From a bacterium (GTDB lineage: Bacteria; Zixibacteria; MSB-5A5; GN15; FEB-12): a stretch of 64,000 nt of DNA. The stretch is taken from contig JBDRES010000003.1 in NCBI GenBank assembly GCA_043819515.1, forward strand, positions 2,522-66,521. Direction: 5' to 3'. This document shows, piece after piece, positions 9,329 to 18,925 of this stretch (positions are counted from its first letter, which is position 1; each line of letters starts with the position of its first letter). The notes below the pieces were generated by a model, which worked only from the letters and a program-made list of their open reading frames with translations, was not told the origin of the DNA and searched no databases. Position numbers and translations under genes: made by a program.

Positions 9329-10186
9329 ATGAATGACGGTGAACTCCTGAGCCGATCCGAGGTGCATCTGAACCCGGCCATGGCGGCCGTGGTCGAGAAA
9401 ATGCACTCACGCGACACTATCGATCAGGTGCGGGTTCAGAAGATCACTTACGTCTCCGACGGCCTCCGAGTCATGGGCTATGTGGCCGGGCCGCGCCAGG
9501 CCGGGCTCTACCCGGTGCTCTTGTGGAATCGGGGCGGCACCGGCGACCGTGGCGCCCTTGATGAACTGCGTGCCTTCCTCATTCTGGCCGCCACCGCTCA
9601 GTGGGGCTATGTCGTCCTGGCCACCCAGTATCGCGGTAACATGGGGGGAGAGGGCCGGGAGGAATGGGGCTGCGCCGACGTCAACGACACTCTCAACCTC
9701 CTACCGGTAGCGCAGCAGATTCCCGATTGCAACAACGGCCGAGTCGGCATCGAAGGGGCCAGCCGGGGCGGGATGAGCGTTTATTGTGCCCTCAAAAAAG
9801 ATGACCGTTTCCGCTGCGCCACAGTCCATGCCGGCATCACCGACCTGTTTGAACTGAGCGATAGCTCAGAGCACTTCGCGGAGGTTGTCCAGCAGCGCTG
9901 GGGTGATCTGACTATCGACGAACAACGTCGCGAACTGGCCGAACGATCGGCCGTCTACTTCGCCGACCAACTGCCCCGCCACACTCCCATTTTACTCATG
10001 CATGGCACCGCTGACAAAGTGGTGCCGATGAGTCAGTCCGAGGCGATGGCTCGGCAGCTCAGTCGACTTGGCCTTGAGCACGAACTTATTAAGCTCGAAG
10101 GGGGCGGTCATCACGCCCACAAGGACGGCAGCTATAGTGAGATGGATCGTCACCGCCGCCGCTGGCTGGACAAGTGGCTGGGGTGA
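9329..10186 (+). CDS. Alpha/beta hydrolase, prolyl-oligopeptidase (S9) / dienelactone-hydrolase-like
   Basis: Nucleophile elbow GASRGG (GxSxG). LLMHGTADKVVP is the typical S9 acid-residue block. A distal His lies in GGGHHAH. Confidence 0.7.
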   Translation: MNDGELLSRSEVHLNPAMAAVVEKMHSRDTIDQVRVQKITYVSDGLRVMGYVAGPRQAGLYPVLLWNRGGTGDRGALDELRAFLILAATAQWGYVVLATQYRGNMGGEGREEWGCADVNDTLNLLPVAQQIPDCNNGRVGIEGASRGGMSVYCALKKDDRFRCATVHAGITDLFELSDSSEHFAEVVQQRWGDLTIDEQRRELAERSAVYFADQLPRHTPILLMHGTADKVVPMSQSEAMARQLSRLGLEHELIKLEGGGHHAHKDGSYSEMDRHRRRWLDKWLG

Positions 10187-10372
10187 AGGCCGGGCTTGGT
10201 CGGGATGGTCTTTCCACGACCGAGACTCAGCGGTCTGAGAGTGCGCCGCGAGCGGGTGTTCCAGCCTGTTCTGGCTTCGGTCCCACGCCTTGCCTGCCCA
10301 CATCCTCAATCCCCCCTACCTCGCCAATTATCTTGACAAAACAGGCCCCCAGCACCGATATTCCCTTTCAAT

Positions 10373-11620
10373 TTGAATCCCATGGAAGGAGCCGGTTTGC
10401 ACGATAAGGATACGGCCGCCACGACCTACGCCAGTCTTTTTGAGAAGTGCTACCGCTACACCGATCCTGATAAGGTGATGGCGGCAGGCGTCTACCCCTA
10501 TTTCCATCCCATTCAGGGCGCTCCCGGCAACGAGGTAATCGTCGACGGGAAAAAATGTATCATGATCGGCTCCAACAACTACCTGGGCCTGGTCGATGAT
10601 CCCCGTGTCAAGGAGGCGGCCGCGGCGGCATCCCGCAAATATGGCTCCGGTTGTACCGGCTCCCGATTTCTGAACGGTACCTTGGATTTGCATATTGAGC
10701 TTGAGGGTCGCCTGGCCCGATTTATGCATAAGGACGGTGCGATAGTCTTTTCCACCGGCTTTCAAACCAATCTGGGGACCATTTCGTCGCTGGTGGGCAA
10801 GAATGATGCCTGCATAATCGATCGCCAGGATCATGCCTGCATCGTTGACGGCACCCGGCTGTCGTATGGCAAAATCTACAAATTTGCTCATAACGATATG
10901 GCCGACTACGAACGAGTAGCGGCCAATGTGCGCGAAATTACGCGCGGCGGCGTTCTGGTGGTAGTTGACGGCGTCTTTTCGATGGAAGGGGACGTTATCA
11001 ACCTGCCGCGCCTGGTGGAGATATCAGAGAGGTACAATATCCAGGTGATGGTGGATGATGCTCATGCTATCGGAGTCATGGGGCCCACCGGCGCCGGCAC
11101 CGCCGAGCACTTCGGCCTGACCGACCGGGTCGACATAACCATGGGCACGTTCTCCAAGTCGTTTGCCTCGCTGGGCGGCTTTGTGGTCGGCGACAAGGAC
11201 GTTATCAAGTGGATCAAGCACACCGCCCGCTCGCTGATTTTCTCGGCTTCCATCCCGCCCGGCAACGCGGCCGCAGCTCTGGCGGCTTTGGATATAGTCG
11301 AAAGCGAACCGGAGCGTCGGGAGAACCTCTGGAAAAACGCTCGCCGGATCCAGAAGGAGTTTAGGAATCTAGGCTTCAATATCGGTGCCACCGAGACGCC
11401 GGTAGTGAGTGTTGTGGTCGGCGAGGATATGGAAGCCTTCGCTTTCTGGAAGGCCCTGTTTGACAACGGAATTTTCTCCAATCCGGTCATTTCACCGGCC
11501 GTACCGCCGGGACATGCCATGATACGGACCTCGTATACAGCAACACATACCGACGAACAACTGGACCGCGTGGTTGAAGTGTTTGCCAAAGTCGGCCGGG
11601 AAAAGGGACTGATCCCCTGA
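10373..11620 (+). CDS. PLP-dependent alpha-oxoamine synthase, serine-palmitoyltransferase-like
   Basis: IMIGSNNYLGL, GSRFLNGT, AIVFSTGFQTNLG, VDDAHAIG and the PLP-lysine block GTFSKSFASLGGF. The LNGT and TFSKS variants are the ones I recall from bacterial SPT rather than KBL (ICGT / TLGKA) or BioF. Confidence 0.8.
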   Translation: MNPMEGAGLHDKDTAATTYASLFEKCYRYTDPDKVMAAGVYPYFHPIQGAPGNEVIVDGKKCIMIGSNNYLGLVDDPRVKEAAAAASRKYGSGCTGSRFLNGTLDLHIELEGRLARFMHKDGAIVFSTGFQTNLGTISSLVGKNDACIIDRQDHACIVDGTRLSYGKIYKFAHNDMADYERVAANVREITRGGVLVVVDGVFSMEGDVINLPRLVEISERYNIQVMVDDAHAIGVMGPTGAGTAEHFGLTDRVDITMGTFSKSFASLGGFVVGDKDVIKWIKHTARSLIFSASIPPGNAAAALAALDIVESEPERRENLWKNARRIQKEFRNLGFNIGATETPVVSVVVGEDMEAFAFWKALFDNGIFSNPVISPAVPPGHAMIRTSYTATHTDEQLDRVVEVFAKVGREKGLIP

Positions 11621-11627
11621 TCGCACC

Positions 11628-12755
11628 ATGTCGCAGATAGACATCGTTCAGGTTGAGTCGCGCTCGCAACTGAACCAATTCATAGCCTATCCCAACCGCC
11701 TGTACAAGGGCGATCCGCATTACGTCGCGCCCCTGACTATGGAGCGCAAAGCCTTCTTTGGTTTTGACAAAAATCCGTTTTACAAAACCGCCCGGGTGAA
11801 ACTCTTCCTGGCGTTTGAAAACCGGCGGATTGCCGGCCGCATTGCCACTTGTGTCAACTTCACCCACAATGAGTGTCACAGCGAGAAAACCGGCTTTTTT
11901 GGCTTTTTCGACTGCGAGGACAACTACGACGTAGCTTCAAAGTTGCTCAAAGTAGCCATGATCGAACTGAAGCGGGAGGGGATGGAGAAAATGCGCGGCC
12001 CGGCGAACTTCTCCACCAATCATGAATGCGGGTTTTTGGTCGATGGATTTGATATGCCGCCGATGGTCATGATGACCTACAACCGACCCTACCTGCCGCG
12101 GCTGGCCGAAAAATTCGGCCTCAAGAAAGGCATGGACCTGCTGGCCTACCGGATGACCAGCAAGCAGTCATTCCCCGAGCGTATCACCAAAATGGTCGAC
12201 CGTGTACGGACTCGTTCCGGAGTCACCATACGCCCGATTAACATGCGCAATTTCCGGTCTGAGGTGGCTGAAATCCGCCAGATCTACAACCAGGCCTGGG
12301 AGAACAACTGGGGCTTTGTGCCGATGACCGAAGAAGAGTTCAAGCACATGGCCAAGGATCTCAAGCAGGTTGTCGATCCGGAGCTGGTGCTGATAGCTGA
12401 GCACGAAGGCAAGCCGGTGGCTTTTGCCATGGCCATCCCCGACATAAATCAGGCGCTGATCAAACTCAACGGTAAACTCCTCCCCTTCGGCATGCTCAAG
12501 CTTCTGTGGCATACCAAAATCCGCAACAAAGTCAACAGCTTCCGCGTTGTCACCCTGGGTGTGATACCTGAATATCAGAAGCGCGGCATCGACGCCTGGC
12601 TGTATTGGACTCTCTATCATCGCGGCACCGAAATAGGCTACACCTGGGCCGAATTCTCGTGGATCTTAGAATCCAATGAACTGATGCGTCGCGGTCTCGA
12701 ACAGCTCGGCTCCGAAATCTACAAGCGCTACCGCCTGGTCGAAATGCCGATCTGA
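11628..12755 (+). CDS. GNAT-fold acyltransferase-like protein (375 aa), function unknown
   Basis: The C-terminal region has a GNAT motif-A-like VTLGVIPEYQKRGIDAWLY. The conserved N-terminus YPNRLYKGDPHYVAPL resembles a family usually annotated as N-acetyltransferase. It starts 8 nt after the upstream stop. Confidence 0.55.
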   Translation: MSQIDIVQVESRSQLNQFIAYPNRLYKGDPHYVAPLTMERKAFFGFDKNPFYKTARVKLFLAFENRRIAGRIATCVNFTHNECHSEKTGFFGFFDCEDNYDVASKLLKVAMIELKREGMEKMRGPANFSTNHECGFLVDGFDMPPMVMMTYNRPYLPRLAEKFGLKKGMDLLAYRMTSKQSFPERITKMVDRVRTRSGVTIRPINMRNFRSEVAEIRQIYNQAWENNWGFVPMTEEEFKHMAKDLKQVVDPELVLIAEHEGKPVAFAMAIPDINQALIKLNGKLLPFGMLKLLWHTKIRNKVNSFRVVTLGVIPEYQKRGIDAWLYWTLYHRGTEIGYTWAEFSWILESNELMRRGLEQLGSEIYKRYRLVEMPI

Positions 12756-12961
12756 TTCTCCGCATCGTTCACGAGGCGCACTTGTGTGTCGGGTTTGTCT
12801 TTGCGGTCGGGGGCCGATTCACTCGGACTGATCATACTGGTAAGCGAAATGACCGTTTGCCAATTCGAAGACTTCTATGTTCTTTGGATGTTGAAAGGGA
12901 CAGATTCTGTCCCAAGGAATCTTGTCCGGGAAATCTCGGGGATTACAGAGGAGGCCAAGGC

Positions 12962-15079
12962 ATGAGCAGTTCCATAATTATCGGCGTGACGCTAGTTGCA
13001 ATCGTGGTGGTCGCAGGCTGCGGTCAACACCAACAGTCGACGGATGTGCCGGCCGTCACCGCGATTGTCAATACTAATGTTATACCCATGGACAAAGACA
13101 CCGTGCTTGAAAACCATACTGTGGTAGTGCTCGATCAAGAAATAGTCTCCGTGGGGCCGGCCGATGAGATCGGAGTTCCCGCTGGTGCGATTGAGATCAA
13201 CGGGTCCGGCAAATACCTGATGCCAGGACTCGCCGACATGCATGCTCATGTCGAGCATGAGGACGCCCTGATGCTTTTCCTGGCCAACGGTGTGACCACA
13301 GTGCGTAACATGTGGGGAACAACTTCCCATTTAGTATGGAGGGAGAGAGTTCAGAAGGGCGAAACTGCAGGGCCGACAATCTACACCGCCGGTGCTCTGA
13401 TCGATGGTCCGCCTGGGGTCTGGGACGGTTCTCTAATCTTGGATGACCCTGACCAAGCTGAACAACTTGTGATTGATCACCTGGAACAAGGCTACGACTT
13501 CCTCAAAGTCTACTACTTGAAGAAGGAAGCATTCAATGCGCTGATTGCTGGGGCCAAGAAGTATGACATTCCGGTTGCCGGCCATTCCTCCGACGACGTC
13601 GGAATGGAGGGAGTGTTAATCTCAGGACAACACACAATCGAACATCTCGATGGCTATTGGAAAATGCTGGAGGGCGACGATTCCCCCTTCCGACGTGACG
13701 ACTTCGATGCTCACTCCTACTTGATGACTTGGAATCACATAGATGAAGACAAGATGCCAGAAGCCGCCGACCTGACAGAAGCTTCGGGCGTATGGAATTG
13801 TCCGACTTTGGTCGTTTATCAGAGGGATGCTTCACCAAATCTGGCAGATTCATTGTATGCTCTTCCGGAGATGAAGTATATGGACCCCGTCTCATTAGCA
13901 TCCTGGGACCCATCAACATACTTCATTACAATGAATCGAACCGCAGAGGAATGGGATGCGAGTCGCAACGAGTACCCGGTGCTGACAAGATTCACGGGTT
14001 ATTTGCATAGGGCTGGCGCTAGACTCTTATTGGGGACTGATTGTCCCAATCCATTCGTGGTGCCAGGTTTCTCCATTCATACTGAGTTACAGAATTTCAT
14101 TAAAGCCGGCATGTCACCATTTGAGGCTATCAAGACCGGCACGTACAATGCCGCTGAATGTCTAGGTGATCTGGACGAGTTTGGTACTATTTCGGAAGGT
14201 AAACGTGCTGATCTGATATTGTTGGATGCTAATCCTCTTGAGGATGTTGGAAACATTGTGAAGCGAGTTGGTGTGATGGCTCGTGGTCGGTGGTTCCCTG
14301 AAGAGGGACTGCAACACAGACTATCGGAAATTGCTACCTCCTATGCCTCACAGGACGACCGCTTCGATAATGTGGCGGACATAGAATCAGCCGGTGATCT
14401 GATTCAGGGTGCTCGGTATTTGTTGAAATACAACAATATTCCTTTTGGTGAGGAACGATATGGGCTGTTTGCCACGGACGGTGACAGATTCGAACTGATT
14501 TCTCAGACTATCACGGACAGACCCTTCAATACACAGACTGTTGTTACCATGTCACTGGACAGCGCATTCAAATGCGATAAGCTGAGGTATCATAATCAGA
14601 CCACTACCGGTAATAACTCGCTGCTGTTCGTCAGATCACACGACTCATTACGCGTGAGTGGAAACCTGAAGAGCGGAGAGATAGTCGACAGGGGTCGGCC
14701 GGTATCACCCGAAGATCTGATCAACCCGCCGCGGGCAGGAGTCTGTGTTTCTGACGTGCCGGTAATGATCTCCTATTTGCAGATTGGCAGACTCCTACTT
14801 GACCTGGATGTGGGTGATTCTATTGCAATACGAAACACATCTCTTCAGCTCGTTCTTCCATTTGAGCTTGTGGAAGAGACCATCTCGGCAAAAAGGCATC
14901 CTGATTCCGAGAAGCGCAGCGGTGATAAATCGGTCCCCGTGCGGACGTTTTCATGCGACATCATTTTACCTCACGCGCGAATTAGTTCTACACTTACAAC
15001 TGATCTTGGGGGTAATATTGCCTCGATTGATATTGAACAGCAAGTGGGAGTTCTTAGTATCGAGCTGGTTAGCGAGTAG
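12962..15079 (+). CDS. Amidohydrolase-family lipoprotein with ~270-aa C-terminal domain of unknown function
   Basis: I place the start at ATG 12962, preceded by GAGGAGG. Lipobox VVVAGCGQ. Metal-binding MPGLADMHAHVEH and later GTDCPNP / DLILLDANPLED are typical of the amidohydrolase superfamily. The last ~270 aa have no motif I recognise. Confidence 0.7.
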   Translation: MSSSIIIGVTLVAIVVVAGCGQHQQSTDVPAVTAIVNTNVIPMDKDTVLENHTVVVLDQEIVSVGPADEIGVPAGAIEINGSGKYLMPGLADMHAHVEHEDALMLFLANGVTTVRNMWGTTSHLVWRERVQKGETAGPTIYTAGALIDGPPGVWDGSLILDDPDQAEQLVIDHLEQGYDFLKVYYLKKEAFNALIAGAKKYDIPVAGHSSDDVGMEGVLISGQHTIEHLDGYWKMLEGDDSPFRRDDFDAHSYLMTWNHIDEDKMPEAADLTEASGVWNCPTLVVYQRDASPNLADSLYALPEMKYMDPVSLASWDPSTYFITMNRTAEEWDASRNEYPVLTRFTGYLHRAGARLLLGTDCPNPFVVPGFSIHTELQNFIKAGMSPFEAIKTGTYNAAECLGDLDEFGTISEGKRADLILLDANPLEDVGNIVKRVGVMARGRWFPEEGLQHRLSEIATSYASQDDRFDNVADIESAGDLIQGARYLLKYNNIPFGEERYGLFATDGDRFELISQTITDRPFNTQTVVTMSLDSAFKCDKLRYHNQTTTGNNSLLFVRSHDSLRVSGNLKSGEIVDRGRPVSPEDLINPPRAGVCVSDVPVMISYLQIGRLLLDLDVGDSIAIRNTSLQLVLPFELVEETISAKRHPDSEKRSGDKSVPVRTFSCDIILPHARISSTLTTDLGGNIASIDIEQQVGVLSIELVSE

Positions 15080-15269
15080 CAATCCGGAATGGAATAAGGA
15101 TGCTGAATCCCAGGTGAAAGACGGTCGCGGTTCGCCCACCATACGGTGCAATAGGACTGCCGCAATTCTGCTCTATGCTGTTTCCCCGTCCACCGATGTG
15201 AACCCTGCAATGCGATGACCGCCGCCGCCCGCGATCCCGGCCCCCCCTCCTGTCCCCATCCTATCTCCG

Positions 15270-15773
15270 CTATTCTTCAACAGCCTTTTTGAACGCCTGA
15301 TAGCCCAGCGCATCAAATAGACAAAACTGCACTCTCTTCAAATTCTTGGCCAGGCCCTGGTAGCCTTTAACAGTGGTCGTCATAATATTCGCACAGGCCG
15401 CCATCGGAAAGCCACCAACGCCGGTGCCGAATGCAGGAAAGGCGATTGATTTGAGCTTGAGTTTCTCAGCGAGATTCATAGTGGCAACAGTAGACTGTCG
15501 GATCAAACGGGCATTGGTTCGCAGATCCTGACCCATCACCGCCGCATGTAGGACATACTTGTACGGTAGTGTCCCGGCCGGTCCCGCCACCGCCCCGCCC
15601 GGCATGATCGGACCTTTTCTCATCGCTTCTTCTTCGATCACCTGGCCACCGGCAGCTTTGATGGCTCCCGCCACGCCGCCGCCCATCCAGAATTCGTTGT
15701 TGGCGGCGTTGACAATCGCCTCGACCGAGGCCGTGACGATGTCGCCCTTGACCACTTCAATCTCAAACGCCAT
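15270..15773 (-). CDS. Macro-domain protein (ADP-ribose / O-acetyl-ADP-ribose binding or hydrolase)
   Basis: MAFEIEVVKGDIVTASVEAIVNAANNEFWMGGGVAGAIKAAGG...SIAFPAFGTGVGGFP is a textbook macro-domain pattern. The start is trimmed to ATG 15773, because the upstream 106 codons of the listed ORF overlap the PAP2 gene out of frame. Confidence 0.85.
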   Translation of the reverse strand: MAFEIEVVKGDIVTASVEAIVNAANNEFWMGGGVAGAIKAAGGQVIEEEAMRKGPIMPGGAVAGPAGTLPYKYVLHAAVMGQDLRTNARLIRQSTVATMNLAEKLKLKSIAFPAFGTGVGGFPMAACANIMTTTVKGYQGLAKNLKRVQFCLFDALGYQAFKKAVEE

Positions 15774-16338
15774 GTTTTTGATTCTCTCTTCGAGGATGCA
15801 TCTTTGAAAGCCACACCGTGGCCAACGCAAACACCATCCACCCGGTCCCGATCCCGAGGGCAGCGCCGGCCAGGACATCTCCCGGATAGTGCACACCCAC
15901 AAACACGCGGCTGATCGCGACCACCGAGGCGAAGACCCACAGGTACCATCGCCACTGCCTGTAGCTAAGCGCGAAGAGCGTCGCCTGCCCGAAGGCGTTG
16001 GCAGCATGAGATGACGGCATGGCATAACCGCCGCCACAGTTGACCAGCAAATTGATCTCTTCCATAATGTGGCAGGGGCGAGGGCGTTCAAAAAACGGTT
16101 TGAGCAAGTGAGCCGACACCTGATCGGTGATCAGCAAAGCCACCGCCGAAAACAGCACCAGCCGGCGCATCCGTCGATCACCTTTCCACAGGAGCAGCAG
16201 CATAGCAACAGCATAGCCCAGGCGCAGCAGGTTGTCAGAGGTGACCACCGGCATGATCAGGTCCGTGACCGGATTGGCCAGCGTCACATTCAGAAATGCG
16301 AAAATCGCCTGGTCCCACTGACTCAACACATCAAGCAT
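15763..16338 (-). CDS. PAP2-family membrane phosphatase
   Basis: The three PAP2 motifs are KPFFERPRP, PSSHAANAF and SRVFVGVHYPGDVLAGA. There are several TM helices. Confidence 0.8.
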   Translation of the reverse strand: MLDVLSQWDQAIFAFLNVTLANPVTDLIMPVVTSDNLLRLGYAVAMLLLLWKGDRRMRRLVLFSAVALLITDQVSAHLLKPFFERPRPCHIMEEINLLVNCGGGYAMPSSHAANAFGQATLFALSYRQWRWYLWVFASVVAISRVFVGVHYPGDVLAGAALGIGTGWMVFALATVWLSKMHPRRENQKHGV

Positions 16339-17215
16339 ACATCCTCGGACTGTTTTTCAAGAACTTCCGAACTGCAGCCCTGGTCGGCGCTCCGGTCCGA
16401 GCGCCTGGCCTAGTGCACTTCAGTGCCGCCGTGGCGCAACCCCATAGCAGTCGCTCCGGCAGGCTGAAACCTGACAACAGCCCAAACAGATAGCCGGCAT
16501 GAAAACTGTCACCCGCCCCGGTCGTATCCACCGCCGCTACTTGGAAGGCGCGTTGTCGACATGTTTGCCCGGATTCATGACCGACCGCGCCGCGCGTCCC
16601 TTCCGTAATGACGATAGTCCCACGGCATATCTTCGCTAGTGCTTGCAGCGCCGCCCTCGCCGAACGACTGCCGGTGAACGGCAAGGCGAAGGCATCGGCT
16701 ACGACCAGTTGATCGACCAGCGGAAAGAGCGCCGACACGTCGTTTCTAATCGAACCGACGTCGAGCGAGACTTGCGCCCCCACCCGCCGCCCCCAGCGGG
16801 CCAGCTTGATGCAGGCGGGTAGGTCTCGTCCGTCAATATGCACCACCTGCGCCGAAGGGAGGGAACTCAAGCGCAAATCTCCCGGCGTGATAAATAGATC
16901 GCGGTGCAGAGCGATAGTGCGCCGTCCGCTGCCGCTTTCGATCAAACCGACCGCCGTCGCCGATGGTTTTTTCTTACGGATCACCCAATCGTTCGCGACC
17001 TTCTCCCTCTTCAACTCATCTATCGAGAAGTCTCCGGCCCAATCGTGACCTACCGCCGCAATCATGGCTGTCGTCATTCCCAGTCGGGACAGCCCCACCA
17101 AGGTGTTTGGCACCGGACCGCCTCCCTGAACAATCAAGGCCGTCGCGTTTGTTTTTTCGCCAGGTTCTGGCAGTGCCGGCACCGTATACAAAAAATCGAC
17201 CGGCATTATCCCCAT
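16331..17215 (-). CDS. PfkB-family carbohydrate/nucleoside kinase
   Basis: GGGPVPNT near the N-terminus and the PfkB signature-2 block DTTGAGDSFHAGYLFG. I chose the start at ATG 17215 (MGIMPVDF) to avoid a 38-nt overlap with the upstream gene. Confidence 0.75.
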   Translation of the reverse strand: MGIMPVDFLYTVPALPEPGEKTNATALIVQGGGPVPNTLVGLSRLGMTTAMIAAVGHDWAGDFSIDELKREKVANDWVIRKKKPSATAVGLIESGSGRRTIALHRDLFITPGDLRLSSLPSAQVVHIDGRDLPACIKLARWGRRVGAQVSLDVGSIRNDVSALFPLVDQLVVADAFALPFTGSRSARAALQALAKICRGTIVITEGTRGAVGHESGQTCRQRAFQVAAVDTTGAGDSFHAGYLFGLLSGFSLPERLLWGCATAALKCTRPGARTGAPTRAAVRKFLKNSPRMYA

Positions 17216-17234
17216 GCCCAGACAAGCTACGCCT

Positions 17235-17849
17235 TTATCTCTTGAGGATTTCAATCTGTGCCTTTCCTGCACTCAACTGCGTGATCTCATCGATAGTGCG
17301 CTGCACCAACGATCGGCGAGCCACAATGGTCAAACAGACCCGGTCGGAAAACTCCACACTCTCCTGGCGCACTCCCAGGCGACCAGTCAGGCGTACCAGT
17401 TGATCATACAGACCCAATTCGATCGTCACTTTGATGTTGCTGGTCAGGAAATGCTGCTGTCTACCGGAGGTGTCAAGGACTGTCTGAGCCGCTTCAGCGT
17501 AGGCCCGCATCAAACCGCCCGTGCCCAGTTTTACTCCCCCGTAGTAGCGGGTCACAACCACTAGTCCGTTAGTCAGTTCACGTCCCATCATGGCGTCATA
17601 GATGGGTCGTCCGGCGGTGCCGTTTGGTTCGCCGTCGTCGGAGTACTTTGATTGGGCCTTGGCGCCGACTCCTGCAATCCATGCGAAGCAATGATGGCTA
17701 GCGGCATGCTCGCGTTTGCGCACCGCTTCGAGCTGATCGTTGGCGGCGGCCAGCGAGTGGATCAAAAACGACTCACCCAAAAACCGCGATTTCTTGATCT
17801 TGATTTCGCACCTGGCGTCGTTCGTGATCGTATAGTAGACATCGTCCAC
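17235..17849 (-). CDS. YigZ/IMPACT-family (UPF0029) protein
   Basis: IKKSRFLGE...ASHHCFAW...SDDGEPNGTAGRPI...VVVTRYYGGVKLGTGGL matches the IMPACT/YigZ N-terminal domain pattern. Confidence 0.75.
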   Translation of the reverse strand: MDDVYYTITNDARCEIKIKKSRFLGESFLIHSLAAANDQLEAVRKREHAASHHCFAWIAGVGAKAQSKYSDDGEPNGTAGRPIYDAMMGRELTNGLVVVTRYYGGVKLGTGGLMRAYAEAAQTVLDTSGRQQHFLTSNIKVTIELGLYDQLVRLTGRLGVRQESVEFSDRVCLTIVARRSLVQRTIDEITQLSAGKAQIEILKR

Positions 17850-17853
17850 GACA

Positions 17854-18783
17854 TCAAACCAAAACGTTGAATATGTCTTTGATTTTGTCCAGCCCGACCA
17901 TCGGCACCGCCCCGCACTCGATGGCTTGGCGCAGGCTGGGTTCGTCGGCCAGGCTACCCCAGCGGGGATCGACGAGAAAAAACAGCATCGACCCGATTTG
18001 GCGGCCGCATTCCAGCAGATCCCGGGTCCGAGCGGCGTTTTGATCCAATTCGGTAATCACCGTTGCCTGAGCCATCCCTGCCACCAGGCGGTTGGAGGAC
18101 ACAAAGGCCGTGCCCTCAGATTCAATATCCGGCGCCCACTCGCTCAGGACACCACCGTGGCCGACAATATCGATTGCCACCGGCATGTGTTCAGCCATGG
18201 CCGGATCATCAAAGCCGCTATCGAGAATGGCATAGGAAGATCCGTCGCCGGAGCGGGCGCCCAGATGGGCGGCCACGTCGATGCCTCCACGTAGCGTCGA
18301 AATGACTTGCACTCCGGCCATGGCGGCTTCCCGGGCCAGATGGGTGGTCAGTTCGATTCCTTCATTGGATGGCTGGATGGTCCCGGCGATAGCAAGCAGC
18401 TTCCCCTCGGGTCGGGGTAGATTGCCACGGCAAAACAGAAGCGGTGGCGGGTCGTTCAGTTCATTTAGCCGCTGTGGGTAATCCTCTCCAAAACGTGTTA
18501 CAACCCTGATATCGCGGTCACGCAAGTGCTCCAGGTATTCATCGGCCACCTCCAATTGAGTAGTCACTCCGGCGATCCGAGCCGCCTGATCAGGACTAAG
18601 CCCTTCGATGGCCGTCAAAGAACTGGCGTCGGCTTCGAGAATGTCTTCGAGCCTTCCGAAGTGACGCAGGAGAGCTTCCATGAGTCGCGGGTTGACTTCG
18701 GCATAGCGCGTCAGAGCCAGCACCGCCGCCGGGATGTCGTACTGTTCGTTGGTGTTCATAAAAGCAATTACGATATCGGGCAT
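17854..18783 (-). CDS. dprA: DprA/Smf-like DNA-processing protein (divergent)
   Basis: The N-terminal helical region is followed by a Rossmann-like core (LLAIAGTIQPSNEG...ISTLRGGIDVAAHLGA...NRLVAGMAQATVITE), which follows DprA block order. Several canonical residues are substituted. Confidence 0.6.
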   Translation of the reverse strand: MPDIVIAFMNTNEQYDIPAAVLALTRYAEVNPRLMEALLRHFGRLEDILEADASSLTAIEGLSPDQAARIAGVTTQLEVADEYLEHLRDRDIRVVTRFGEDYPQRLNELNDPPPLLFCRGNLPRPEGKLLAIAGTIQPSNEGIELTTHLAREAAMAGVQVISTLRGGIDVAAHLGARSGDGSSYAILDSGFDDPAMAEHMPVAIDIVGHGGVLSEWAPDIESEGTAFVSSNRLVAGMAQATVITELDQNAARTRDLLECGRQIGSMLFFLVDPRWGSLADEPSLRQAIECGAVPMVGLDKIKDIFNVLV

Positions 18784-18925
18784 TGGCTTGTCAACCAGGT
18801 TAACCGCGCCTTACGATCAGGAATGGCAGTGGCTACCGTCTCCGGCCAACCGCCTCAGGAAGCTGCTTGTAAAAGAGCCAGCCCGTTACTATTTTATTGG
18901 CAAACTCTGCTTCTCCGAGGTGTTG

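Noticed and set aside
8633-9406. 257-aa minus-strand ORF (and nested 8680..8979, 8992..9417)
   Set aside because: It is antisense to the PASTA protein and to the start of the hydrolase gene. It has no recognisable domain, and the sense-strand genes have repeat and motif support.
12782-12961. N-terminal 60-codon extension of the amidohydrolase ORF
   Set aside because: The extension (MCVGFVFAVGGRFTRTDH...) precedes a much better start at ATG 12962, which has a GAGGAGG box and is followed at once by a signal peptide and lipobox.
15774-16091. 106-codon N-terminal extension of the macro-domain ORF
   Set aside because: It overlaps the PAP2 gene (with all three PAP2 motifs) in another frame. The macro domain begins exactly at the internal Met (MAFEIEVVKGDI).
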